NCBI GenBank assembly: GCA_010909165.1
Contig: MU008153.1
Location: 744,001-808,000 of the forward strand
Reading direction: 5' to 3'
DNA from: Anthoceros angustus
Lineage: Eukaryota; Plantae; Anthocerotophyta
Length of the DNA: 64,000 bases
This document shows, one piece after another, positions 1 to 10,839 of this stretch. Below the pieces are notes generated by a model. The model saw only the letters and a program-made list of their open reading frames with translations, did no database searches and was not told where the DNA came from. Numbering within the stretch: position 1 is the stretch's first letter; each line of letters starts with the position of its first letter. The position numbers were made by a program, and so were the translations under genes.

Positions 1-972
1 CACTGAAATTGATGCTCAGGGGACGACTCCGCGGCCTGCTCAGGAGGCTTCTCCCAGTTCCACCTCACATGCTGCCACCCCGGTGTCTGAACAGGGTGAT
101 CTTCCTCCGAGGCCTCCTGCCCTGACCATCAATCTCGACTGGAGTAGACTTCTAATCAGTCCGGTGGTTCTTCTCCCAGCTCTCTTGCTTTGGCTACAAT
201 TTGTGTTTACAATTGTGGCCTTGGGATTGGCTGCGGCGGTCATCAACAAATTGATTGATGGTTCTTCTGAGGGTATGTTTCATGTGGCTTGTTTCCTCCG
301 TCGGCAGACGTTTTCAATCTGATGGTGGTTTGAGCACAGATATGACGTGTCCGCAGGGAACAATGCCACATCCGCCTTTGTTCTGGTAACTCTGATATCT
401 GAGACAGTAGGACTAGCAGCAATCGCAATTGCAGCTCAGCACTTGTGGCAGAGAACGCCCACAAGCTTGGCATCTGATGCGCTTATCACTTTGGTGGACT
501 TGGCCTTGTCCGGGTTGGCTTTCGGGTATGCAGTCCTTCAGCACATTGATGCCTTGCTCACGAATGCATCATTGACGTAACCTGGTGACATAGCTTGAAA
601 CTGAGAAGTGATCTCTGCTCGTTTCTCGACAGTTTTGCTTGCAAGGAGGCAGATGTTGGGGATAAGACGGTGGACGTGTCCTACGGCTTTGTGAATGCAG
701 AGGAAACATTCTCAAGAGGCCCGAGACTGGTGAGCACACTCACGGTTACTGTAGACGTCCTGTACAACGGAGCTGGTCTGAGCTCGCGAGATTGCTGCGA
801 TCCCAGTTCACGAATTTCGGACCATGTGCACTGTACTGTGCAGAAAGGCCTGGAGGGCATTGTCATCCTTCTTTTCCTACTCAAGCTGTTGAAGGTGGTG
901 GGCATCTTCGTCGTGGACATTTTCGGACTGCAGACAACGACTAAGGCCGACCCCCCAGCCCCTGAAATCTGA
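1..972 (+). CDS. AWPM-19-like membrane protein, 5'-partial; exons <1-272, 357-525, 633-729, 844-972
   Basis: Splicing at GT..AG introns (273-356, 526-632, 730-843) gives ...LLLWLQFVFTIVALGLAAAVINKLIDG/GNNATSAFVLVTLISETVG...HLWQRTPTSLA...LALSGLAFG/FACKE...SRGPRL/KGLEGIVILLFLL. This matches AWPM-19 family landmarks (GNxAT, AFGxACKE, RGxRLxxLE) and has four hydrophobic segments. Family recognised from memory, no search run. Confidence 0.8.
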
Positions 973-1273
973 GCTCCTCCGACATCCACCGGAAGTCCTG
1001 GCCAACCGGATAGCAGGAGGCAAGTGTTGTAAACGTGTTGTACGTACCATATCCAGAATCTGTTGGAGATGCTCGTGGTGGGGCATTCATTCTGTGATAT
1101 TCAGATGTGAACAAAATTCCGACCGCCTAGAGATTCTGTATAACAGCAGTCCGCACCGAATTTGTGCTCTGGCAGTGAATTATCAAATTTGGGAGACAGT
1201 TTGGACCGATCAGCTGAGTTGCGGTTATTTGTTGTAGCCCTATCCCTGGCCCTGGCCGGGAGCCTTCCAATTC

Positions 1274-2450
1274 ATGCAATCTCCCATGGCTTTGAGTGTT
1301 GGGAGCAGGGTCATTCCCGGAACTTTGCTTAGCTCCAGGAACATTAGCTTGGAACCAGAGCTTTCTGCCTGCAGGGTTCTTGGAGGAATACATTTGTCGT
1401 CTTGCAAATTTTCCAGCAGTCAGAAGAACGGATCACCTTGTAGAGATGCTTCCGTGATCTGCTTGTCACTGGGTAGCAGGGAAGAGGGGTTTGCTCCAGC
1501 ATTCACCGAAGAGTTTCGGACAAGGACGAGTGGTGATGAGGTATGAAACATATTGCTTGACGTTGTCAGCATTCAGCAGCTCAAAAATGCCTGGACGCGT
1601 GTGGGATGTTTTGGGTCAGGTCCGGAAGGAGATCCTCAAGTGCTATGACCTTGTTCACAAGCTTGGAAGGGGAGCCGTATACTTGGGTTCAGCACGAACC
1701 AAGGTCGGGCACGCTCATTATGACCAGGCCATGGAGCTTGGGCGTGAAGTAAGACCCAACACTCCACGGATGCTGTCGCTGTACCGCAATAGCAGCATCA
1801 TGATATCAAGCGGCTGTTGCTTGCAGGTGGCTCTCCTGCTTAACTGCACATCCTGGACTGGTGTTGGGCCCGGACTGATGGATGCAGTGGTCAGAGGAGC
1901 CATGGAAGCCCGCAAACCTGTCGCTGGTTTCAAGATTTACATGGAGGCCGGCGAATGGACCAACTCCAACACACACCCCTACTTGTCCAGTGACACTTAC
2001 TTCACTTGTCGGTGTGTCCTTGTCTCACCTTTCCAGCTCGGGACTACTCAATGGAACGTTTCGCATTCTCCTATAGCCTGTTGCATTAGTTCTGACGCTC
2101 TTCTGTTATGCAGCTTCTTCTCTGCAAGAAAGCACGGACTGGTGGATGCTGGGGTAAGGAATCACAAACAAGACAAAACAGCATTCGTGGCCTTACCAGG
2201 AGGCGTGGGCACCTTGGATGAGATCTTCGAAATATTGACACTCATTCAGCTTGGTCGAATTGGTTCTTCACATCCTGTACCTTTCCTTGTCATGAACTAC
2301 GATGGATTTTACGACAACCTTCTCAAGTTTTTGGACACCTGTGGAGAGTGGGGTACGTTATCCGCCGGTGAGCTTCAAGGACTGTGGACCATTTGTGGGA
2401 CAAATTCTGAGGCCCTCAAGTACCTTGCTGACTTCTACAACCTAAAATGA
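1274..2450 (+). CDS. LOG-like / 'lysine decarboxylase-like' nucleotide phosphoribohydrolase, plastid-type (AT1G50575-like); exons 1274-1540, 1620-1748, 1827-2011, 2114-2450
   Basis: Motifs GAVYLGSAR, WTGVGPGLMDA, FFSARKHGLVDA and the LOG-family PGGxGTxxE (ALPGGVGTLDEIFE). Three canonical GT-AG introns. The Ser-rich N-terminus resembles a transit peptide. The start could be the ATG at 1274 or 1286. Confidence 0.85.
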
Positions 2451-2979
2451 GCGGTGGACGATCCCAAGCTCTTAGTTTGCAAATACTGTCCCGGCCACAC
2501 ACCTTGCAAGAACGTCGTTCACATAAACATGTGCAATTTCCAATATGATGATACCTCCAACTTGACGTGGGAAGAAGCAAGTTCTGCCCGTTCTGCAAAT
2601 AGGTGAGAGAGGGCTTCAGCTCACACGTCAGACGATAGAACGCTAGCTAGGCAAGGAAACTGGCTAAGAGGCGAAAACCACTTACTCCACAACCTTGACG
2701 ACATGATGCCAACCCCATCGTGTGCTCCGGATTAGACACTCCTGGCACCATCCAGTAAATCCTATCCAGACAGCTATCAGATCACACGGGAAGAAGCAAG
2801 TTCAGCACATCCACGCAGTTTTGAAACAAAATGGGTATTACCATTCGAATATACTGGTTGGGAAGCCGATTCTCCGCATTGATGCTGAGGCTCAAACAGG
2901 AGCTTTGTTCTAAGTACTAGATGTCTCGACCATAGTCGGGATTGCTGGATTGGAGCCATTACTACAAAAATGTGCAAGC

Positions 2980-5772
2980 TCAACCAGCAACCATGCGAAC
3001 TGGCTCATACCCACACTCCTTCCTGAGATCCGTGAACAATGTCCTCAGTGTGGCATACATCTGCTTGCGTTCAGGGTGGTGCGAATCCTCGACCAGGAAC
3101 GTGTGGACTCTACCATCGACAGCCATCCGGGTGCAGCCAGGCTCCTTCTTTGCATCTGCTTTCTGCATCATGTTCCTGATCCTCGCTCTTTCATCCCACC
3201 TGCCAGTAGCAGCATACATGTCTGCCAAAAGGACATATGCAGCAGCATTTTTTGGATCAAGGCTGAGTATGGCCGCAAATGAACGAATTCCCATCTCTAC
3301 ATTACCGTAGGTCCTACAAGCCCCAAGCAAGGACATCCACATGACAGTATTGCCACACAATGGCGTGTCACTGATGAGATGCTCTGCTGCTTCCAATTGT
3401 CCTGCTCGACCTAGCAGGTCAACCACACAGGTATGATGCTCTAATTCCGCTGAAACACCGTAATCCGGAGTCATGGATTGGTACAGCTGCATGCCCTCAT
3501 CCACTAATCCGGCGTGGCTGCACGCTGAAAGTAATGAGACAAAGGTGATTCTGTTAGGTCGCAACCCGTGACATTGCATTTCACTAAAGAGGTTGAGGGC
3601 CTCCAGACCACCTCCATGCTGTGCATATCCCCCAATCATAGCATTCCATGACACCAAATTTCTTATTGGCATTCTGTCAAACACTTTGCGTGCATCCGCC
3701 AAACTCCCACAGTTGGCATACATGTCAATGAGAGTGTTACCAACCACCAAGATTGACTCAAGACCCCTATCCAGAATGTAATCATGGAGCAGCTTGCCCT
3801 GATCAAGAGTTGCTATGCTGGAGCATGCTTTGAGGATGCTAACAACAGTAATTGTGTCAGGTTGTATTCCTTCTGCTTGCATTTGCTGAAAGAGGTCAAC
3901 TGCTCTCTGTCCAAACCCATGCTTAGCCAATCCCACGATTATGGAGTTCCACGACACCACCTCTCTGTTGGGCAGTCTCTGGAATACACACAGAGCATCG
4001 TCTAGATTCCCACACTTGACATACATGTCGATGAGGGTGTTGCAAACATCTGCATCGGATTCCAAGTTGCTCCTTGTGATTTGGCCGTGGACCAGCTTGC
4101 CCTGGTCTACAGCTGCTATGCTTGAACAGGCTTTGAGGATGCTGATGAGAGTGACCTTATTTGGATGCATCCCTGCCCTCTGCATTTCTTCAAAGAGTTC
4201 AAGGGCTGCATTACCATCCTCCACCTGGGCATATCCTGCAATCATGGCACTCCACGAAACCAGATCCTTTGACTTTAGTTTGTCAAATACACTACGAGCA
4301 TCCTCCAGGCTCCCACACTTAGCATACATGTTCACAAGAGAGTTTCCGAGGGTAACATCCGACTCATCAGAAGATTTTTTGATGTAGACATGCACCAACT
4401 TGCCTACATCCAAAGCTGCTCTATTTGAGCACACTCTCAAGACGCTGAGAAGAGTGGCCCGGTCTGGCTGGAGACCCTCGAGCTGCATGTCCTGGAATAG
4501 TTGGAGGGCTACCTGAGCATCTCCATTGTGGGCATAACCCGCAATCATTGATGTCCAAGTCACCCTGTTTTTGGCTGACAATTTGTCGAACTGTTTGCGT
4601 GCATCTTCAAGGCAGCCACACTTAACATACATGTCGATAAGGGTGCTGCTGATAAAAACATCCGATTCGGAATTAGTCTGTTTCGCATAAGCGTGAAGTA
4701 GCTTGCCTTGTTCAAGAGCTGATGTTCGAGAGCAAGCTTTCAGAACGCTGACCAGTGTGATATGATTTGGAAGCAATCCCTCCTTTAACATCTGCAGATA
4801 GAGTTGGAGTGCTACTCGAGCATCCCCATGCTGCGCATAGGCTGAAATTATAGAAGTCCACGTCACCAGATCCTTCATTCCCAGTCCCTCGAATACTTTG
4901 TGAGCATCTTCAAGGCTCCCACTTTTAGCGTACATGTCAACAAGTGCACTACCAACGAACAAATCCTTTTCCAACCCACTTGCCCTAATGTGAGCATGGT
5001 GCATTCTGCCCTGATCTATATCTCTCACGCTGGTGCATGCTTTCAGCACGCTTATGAACATGGCCTTATCCGGCTTCAGGCCTTCTTTTTGCATTTGCTG
5101 GCAGAGTTGGAGTGCATCCAGACCCATGCCATTATGGACATATCCTGCAATCATAACCTTCCATGATACCATACTTCTTGTCGGCAGCCTGTCAAAAACA
5201 CCTCGTGCGTCTTCGAGGCTTCCACACTTGGCATACATACCAATCAGACTGTTGCTCACAAATGTATTTGACTCAAAGCCACTTACAATCACATGAGCAT
5301 GAATCAACCTGCCTTCGGCCAGAGCTGCTGTGCTAGCACAAGCTTGCAGCGCGGCTACAAAGACATAGTCGTTCGGGCGAGTACCTGCATCCAGCATCTG
5401 ATGATAAAGCATGATAGCCTCTCCAGCCATACCCTGCTTGCCATGTGCAGAGATTATCGTTGCCCACGAAGACACGCTAGATGCAGGCAACCTCCTGAAC
5501 ACTTGATCTGCCTCCGCCAAACTACCACAAGCAGCATACATTCGGATGAGGAGGTTCCCCAGAAAAATCTCGCCACCGTGGCCTGCTTTGGATATAAGGG
5601 CATCTACTTGCCTGCCTAGTGCTAGATCCATCTTCTCAGCGCACCCCTGAAGAAGGCAGGCAAACGACTGCACAGAGTGTTGGTGGAACAACGGAATCAT
5701 GATCCGCATGTTGGAGTAATTTACTCCGTTCAAATAGCAGAGAGCGTCTGTGTGTCGGATGCCACTTTGCAC
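2980..5772 (-). CDS. PLS-class pentatricopeptide repeat protein, E+ type (organellar RNA-editing specificity factor), intronless, no DYW catalytic domain
   Basis: About 7 P-L-S triplets (MYAKCGSLEDAR..FD / VSW..MI.GY / TFVS.L.AC), E1/E2 motifs and PG-box KKEPGC...VHTFLVED..HP, ending GYEPVRMVAG*. No HxE/CxxC was seen downstream. The ORF-track start at 5772 is GTG; the first in-frame ATG is at 5709. Confidence 0.93.
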   Translation of the reverse strand: MQSGIRHTDALCYLNGVNYSNMRIMIPLFHQHSVQSFACLLQGCAEKMDLALGRQVDALISKAGHGGEIFLGNLLIRMYAACGSLAEADQVFRRLPASSVSSWATIISAHGKQGMAGEAIMLYHQMLDAGTRPNDYVFVAALQACASTAALAEGRLIHAHVIVSGFESNTFVSNSLIGMYAKCGSLEDARGVFDRLPTRSMVSWKVMIAGYVHNGMGLDALQLCQQMQKEGLKPDKAMFISVLKACTSVRDIDQGRMHHAHIRASGLEKDLFVGSALVDMYAKSGSLEDAHKVFEGLGMKDLVTWTSIISAYAQHGDARVALQLYLQMLKEGLLPNHITLVSVLKACSRTSALEQGKLLHAYAKQTNSESDVFISSTLIDMYVKCGCLEDARKQFDKLSAKNRVTWTSMIAGYAHNGDAQVALQLFQDMQLEGLQPDRATLLSVLRVCSNRAALDVGKLVHVYIKKSSDESDVTLGNSLVNMYAKCGSLEDARSVFDKLKSKDLVSWSAMIAGYAQVEDGNAALELFEEMQRAGMHPNKVTLISILKACSSIAAVDQGKLVHGQITRSNLESDADVCNTLIDMYVKCGNLDDALCVFQRLPNREVVSWNSIIVGLAKHGFGQRAVDLFQQMQAEGIQPDTITVVSILKACSSIATLDQGKLLHDYILDRGLESILVVGNTLIDMYANCGSLADARKVFDRMPIRNLVSWNAMIGGYAQHGGGLEALNLFSEMQCHGLRPNRITFVSLLSACSHAGLVDEGMQLYQSMTPDYGVSAELEHHTCVVDLLGRAGQLEAAEHLISDTPLCGNTVMWMSLLGACRTYGNVEMGIRSFAAILSLDPKNAAAYVLLADMYAATGRWDERARIRNMMQKADAKKEPGCTRMAVDGRVHTFLVEDSHHPERKQMYATLRTLFTDLRKECGYEPVRMVAG

Positions 5773-7110
5773 AACGCCCGTAGACCGTGCAAACGGATCT
5801 CAGAATGCCATTGACAAGGGTTTTGCGACACGCAAAGCAAGAAGGCTGCCTCTAACGCGGTGTGAGGAGTGTAATCTGTGTTGATTTGAATGGCTCGCGC
5901 AAGCCTTGCATCACTGGTGTCCTCGCTTGTGTATGAAATGATATTGTTGCCCTATTAGGCATGTTTCCCTTCAGGATTGAGGCCAATGCAACGACGTTTG
6001 CTGAGAAGGCTCACTTGTCCTTAGAGCTAGATTCGGGTTTGTGGCTGGCTGTGTTCACGGGCAGAAGTGAGGAGGAATTGGCAAAGAAGCAGAGCTCTCA
6101 GATGGCAAATCCGAGCTGCAGAAGGCTAGTCAGGTGACACCGTTGGTGGAACTTGCTGATTACTGTCGTGTCAGATGCACAACGGTGAACGGCTCTCCGG
6201 CTACGCTACCAGGGTAGATACTAAGATATTCAGGTCAGTCTCCAAATGCCTGACGGCTGTTGCAACCCAATCAGGTGCTGAATTCATTCACATGCCTGGT
6301 TGAATGTGAAATTGGAAGAGACTGGTCACTCCAACATGTACAAGTGAGAATTGAGCATGTTCTTTGGTTTGGGGCCAAATTTGGGGTATGGCCCTGTGCC
6401 CGAGGACGCATTGCCGAGGGACACGGCGCATAATTTTCGGTGCATGGTTTTTCGTGCGGCCTATAATATATTTTGTCCCTTCGTTTGCGCTGGTCCTCCT
6501 CAGATGGCCCGTTTGGGACACCCATCCCCTGACTTTGGAGAATCGTGGAAAAATTTTAACCTTTGCATCCCTCACGTTGCTGCTTTGTTAGGCCGGACTC
6601 CTATGATTTCAGCATATTAGTGATATGTATATTATGGAATAATATAATATATATTTTTTAAGAAACGTTACTAAAGGTTTCTTGTGTTTAGATAGTTTCG
6701 CATAATACCCCCTTTGTCGACATTGTATCTCGTGTGTGCGATTGTCGCTCACACCGCCTGCTACTGTCTCCTTGATGTTTACATTCTATCTCGCATGTGA
6801 CTACCACTCACAATGCCTGCCACCTGTTTTCATTCACTCTACTATGCCCAATGGCACCAACAGTACCAACCAACGCAAGGTGCCGACGGTTGACACTGTG
6901 CCACCAGCACTGATCGATGGTGCCAACGGTTGTCACCGATGAGCTCATGGCCTGCATCCTTCTCTAAGTGCGCCTTGCGTTTGTCACCATATTGCTTTCC
7001 CACAACATTGGTTGTGTGGTTTTAACGGATTTGGAGCAATGTTTTATTGAAGTTGTCTAAATTGTCACAAAGAGGCAGTGGAACGATATACACAAAGCAG
7101 TGTCACTCAA

Positions 7111-7550
7111 TCTACAACGTGCCGAAGGACATACTTTAAATATACATTGACATACTCAGTCTACATCTGCCCAACGGCGTCATACATAATATGTATCAAC
7201 TTTCAGGCTGAGTCTGCAACCTTCCTCATGCCTTGTCACCAAACTAGCTAGCCTATTGTTATCCGTAAAGTAGACCACGCAACAGATTGGCAGCAATCCA
7301 TGTCCACTCCTCAAACAAGGCTACAATTATAGCGAAGTCTTTTCTCTGCTTCCTAGCCCTCCTACATATCCACATTATTGCAAAAGGTGTGGCTGGATGT
7401 TCTTCAATGTTTTAGCCTTTGTGGTTGGCTTACACTACTCAAACTTGATAGGGTTTGTCACACTATGTATCACATTTTTCGACGTCGTTGGGCAGTTGTA
7501 GACTGAAAGGTTTCAATATCTATTTATTGTTTGTCCTTGGCACATTGTGA
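7111..7550. mobile_element. Degenerate foldback/MITE-like element with ~70-bp imperfect terminal inverted repeats
   Basis: 7111-7181 (tctacaacgtgccgaaggaca...tcagtctacatctgcccaacggcgtc) aligns with the reverse complement of 7480-7550 (tcacaatgtgccaaggaca...tcagtctacaactgcccaacgacgtc). No TSD identified. Confidence 0.5.
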
Positions 7551-9162
7551 CAAACCGGATGTGCACAATCACAAGATGTGTGACAACCAATACTTCCTAA
7601 CTCGCATTCAACTCCTCATGTAGCCATAGTGGTTAATCTGGTGACACATAATCGTGTATTACTGCCAGATTTGGTTTTGGAATGCGCTGGTCCATTTCAT
7701 GAATAATGGGCCCAGCTTGGCATGCCTAGTTTTTCGATCTTTTTCAAGAATCCATGGGCCCAGCTTGGCGTAGCCGGTGTAGATTAAAGGCATGGGCTTA
7801 ACTTGCCATGCTTGGTGTGGCGGGGCTTAAGGCATAACTCTACTATCCAACAAACAGGTATTTTACAATTCATTATTATAATGTAAATAAGAATGAGGAA
7901 GAGAGTTCAACTTGGGTCCACATTTTCACTATTACAATAAACAACCACCTAGCTTACTAATTGGATTTGGATGTCAATAATGGATAACCCTACATTTTTG
8001 ATACCTTAAACCTGTACCTATATTCTAAAATTCAAATTCCATAACTTGCATATTGGGTTATCTAAAATTCCATAACTTGCATATTGGGCTATCCGATGAT
8101 GTGAAGGAGAATAGGTGGATGAAGTTTGCAGTGAGCTAGAGTCTTCCAAATCTGTCTGTTGAAGGGGCTGAAGGAGGTTTGAAGAACAATGAATCATCTA
8201 AAGCTGAGATTCATCTTGTGTTAGCATGGGTGGATGATATCAAAGGAACATTGCATATATGTGATATATTGATAATGATTTGTGGTTTTATTGTGTGGCA
8301 CAAGATGGGGAACAAAAGATGAAAGAAAGAAGGGAACAAACAAAGCACAATCCCGCATACCAAATTCAAACTTGGATCTTGGCACAATGACATTCGGCAG
8401 TCAACTCGGTCAGGCATAAGGCTTGCACCTTCAAGAGTGCTGATGAAGATGTGTATACTCTTATAGAAACATTTGGTGTCAGTGAAGTTGTTGCAAATAA
8501 CGACGAAGATTTAAGAGTTTTACAAGATTTTGAAGCACGAAGACAAGGAACTTCTATCTCCTGTGGATGCGCAATATGGGCGAGGGACACTCCTAATGGA
8601 GCCAAAACATGCAGCTGCAAGACCTTGGAATATTATTTATGACAAGCCATCCTAGAAATTGGAAAATGTCCCGCATGCTTCCATAGGTGTGCTCGAATAC
8701 GCACATCAGAAAGGAGCAGGACGGCATAGAGGGGGTAACTCTCCAGATTCCACTGGGCTTTGAAGGCCCTCATGAAAAAGGGGTCATGGGTAGCCAAGAA
8801 TAAATAAGCACTGGATAGTGCAACATTACGGAGGTCAGCTGGCGGCCGAGGAGGAGGAGGTGGGATTCCTGCCCATTCCATGGACGTGGTTCGGGGGCCC
8901 TGTGAGGAGGGGCAGGTGAGACTTGAGGTGGCGAGCGAGGATGCAGGTGGGTAAGAGTAGCAGGGACGTGTAACCCACCCTAGCGAGGGAGGAACACCCG
9001 GACAGTGGGTTGCCAAAGGTGGCAATCGACAAGAGGGAGTGGACCAGGTTGCCCCTTCACACACACCGTCAGCAACAGCAGAAAAAACCACAAAGGGTGA
9101 TGGCAAGGGATGCCAGGGGAAGGGGGGAGGAGGGGTACTCATCCCACTGGCCAGGTAGCAAC

Positions 9163-9596
9163 CAGGGTGTCATCTTGACCGAGTACTATCTCAATCCTCG
9201 GGACCGCCTAGCCTGGCTATGCTCGGTCCCGGACTGAGCAGGGATCGTGCCTTTTCGCGACCCTTGGTCACTAAATATAATAAATATTAAATAAATAATT
9301 TATAAATAATAATATAAAAAATATACGGTCCATAGATCCATGGTAAGTATCTTTATGACCATACCAATTATAAGATGGGTCCATGTGTCCATAATAAATA
9401 TAAATCTTTAAATATAAAATTAAATAATTTACTAATTTTAAACCGGACCTTTTATGAACCATCGGTGGGGACCGGACTCCCGAGAAATAGGGGACTGAGG
9501 GTGGGGACCGGACTCCCGAAGCTTCTGGTACCATGTTTTTTTTAACACATGCCGGGACCGGGACCGAGCTTGGGACGGGGTCAAAATGACACCCTG
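9163..9596. mobile_element. Non-autonomous hAT-superfamily MITE (434 bp)
   Basis: 18-bp TIRs CAGGGTGTCATCTTGACC / GGTCAAAATGACACCCTG (1 mismatch). Perfect 8-bp TSD GTAGCAAC at 9155-9162 and 9597-9604. Subterminal GGGACC motifs and an AT-rich core. An 8-bp TSD with CAGGG ends is typical of hAT. Confidence 0.88.
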
Positions 9597-9754
9597 GTAG
9601 CAACCCGTCTTGGAGATGCCGTTGGCCATTTGCCGTCCACGCCGCACGCGAGTCTAAGGACGATCAGTCCTTCAGTCCTGTTCAAGGATCACCTGTGCTC
9701 CACCCGTCAGCCGGAAGGCAGGCGCTTTTTGATAGGTCCTCTCTGCTCATGAGT

Positions 9755-10440
9755 CATGGCCAACGAGGTGCCCGACTGCACCAGATGCTGCCGACACAGA
9801 CACCGTCTACCCTGCCTTGGAGTTGCTGGCCTGTAGAATCCCACCCAGGCTGTGAACCCAGCAAACCCTACACATACGTATTAAAACAACCATCTCCCTC
9901 TTTGGATCACCACGCCCTGACATGACCATCTAGCGCTTCTTCTCCTACATGCAGACGTGCCGTGGGAATTGGAAGTGCACTCATCTAGAATCCCCGTGTA
10001 ATGGAGAGTGGGATATTCGTGTAGGGATTGAGTTGAAAGACAGCCCACGAACTCGGTGGGTTCGGATAGCTCTTGACAGGAGTGTTCTCTTCCCAGCCTA
10101 GAGTTGTACTCACATACTCTCCTTCCTTGAAGGCTGGATGCCCAGACTTGACCTTGCTGACGCCTGTCGGTGGTAAGGGCTGGAGAAGAAAGGCCCTCAC
10201 AGGAGCAGGGTATCAATCGGATGTACCCTCTTGGTGCAATTTGAACAACGAAAAACAGAATGCATGATGCTGCAAAGGGGAGAATATGGCTGGTACCTCC
10301 TTGCATCCGTCCCCGCAAAAAGGGGTCCACTGAGAGGTAGAGAGTCTTGACGAGCACGTCGTTGGAGCCTGGTGTAACCTCCAGCTTTCGGGTGGTCTCG
10401 TCAAGGATGAAATCGTTCTCGCTGGGCCTCCAGACACAAC
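9755..10440 (-). pseudogene. 2-alkenal/double-bond reductase (NADP-dependent MDR family) pseudogene fragment
   Basis: Exon remnants SENDF...PGSNDVLVKTLYLSVDPFLRGRM, GVSKVKSGHPAFKEGEYV...GWEE, PLHYTGIL, GFTAWVGFY and TVSVSAASGAVGHLVG. Frameshifts, an in-frame stop and truncation just after the SAASGAVG nucleotide-binding motif. Confidence 0.8.
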
Positions 10441-10839
10441 AAAATCCTCTGCCATGCTGCCTTCCTCCTGCTCTCCACGTGCATCCAGCAATGTTAATGC
10501 CAAGCATGGGTGACAGCCACCATCCTCATAAATTTGGCCTGTGGGTTGTGAACATTGCCGAGCAAAAACTCACCATGTGAGCCCACTCCTTGCTTTGTTC
10601 TAAGCAGGCCATGGTGATATCCATCTACTAAAATTACAGATGTTATTTTAAAATCCTATCTTATTGACACCCCATCCCAATAGGGATTCAACCTATGGTG
10701 CTTAAACCTAAGGTGCTTTAAGTGTAGAATTCTCATCCCACGCAGTTTATCCAATCAACCAACCATGATAGTTCGCTTCTCTTTGAGTTTGCCTGACAAC
10801 ATGCTGTGTATGAGAGAGGTGTTTGAGTTATGAGCTATC

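Noticed and set aside
1749-2113. Two stop-free, 3n-length introns in the LOG-like gene (and one in AWPM-19) as regulated intron retention
   Set aside because: Short introns of moderate GC content are often open by chance, and retention would disrupt the conserved fold. There is no expression evidence.
8366-9142. Possible transposase or retroelement ORF remnants (CSCK motif)
   Set aside because: I could not match a complete SWIM, RT or DDE motif. Left unannotated.
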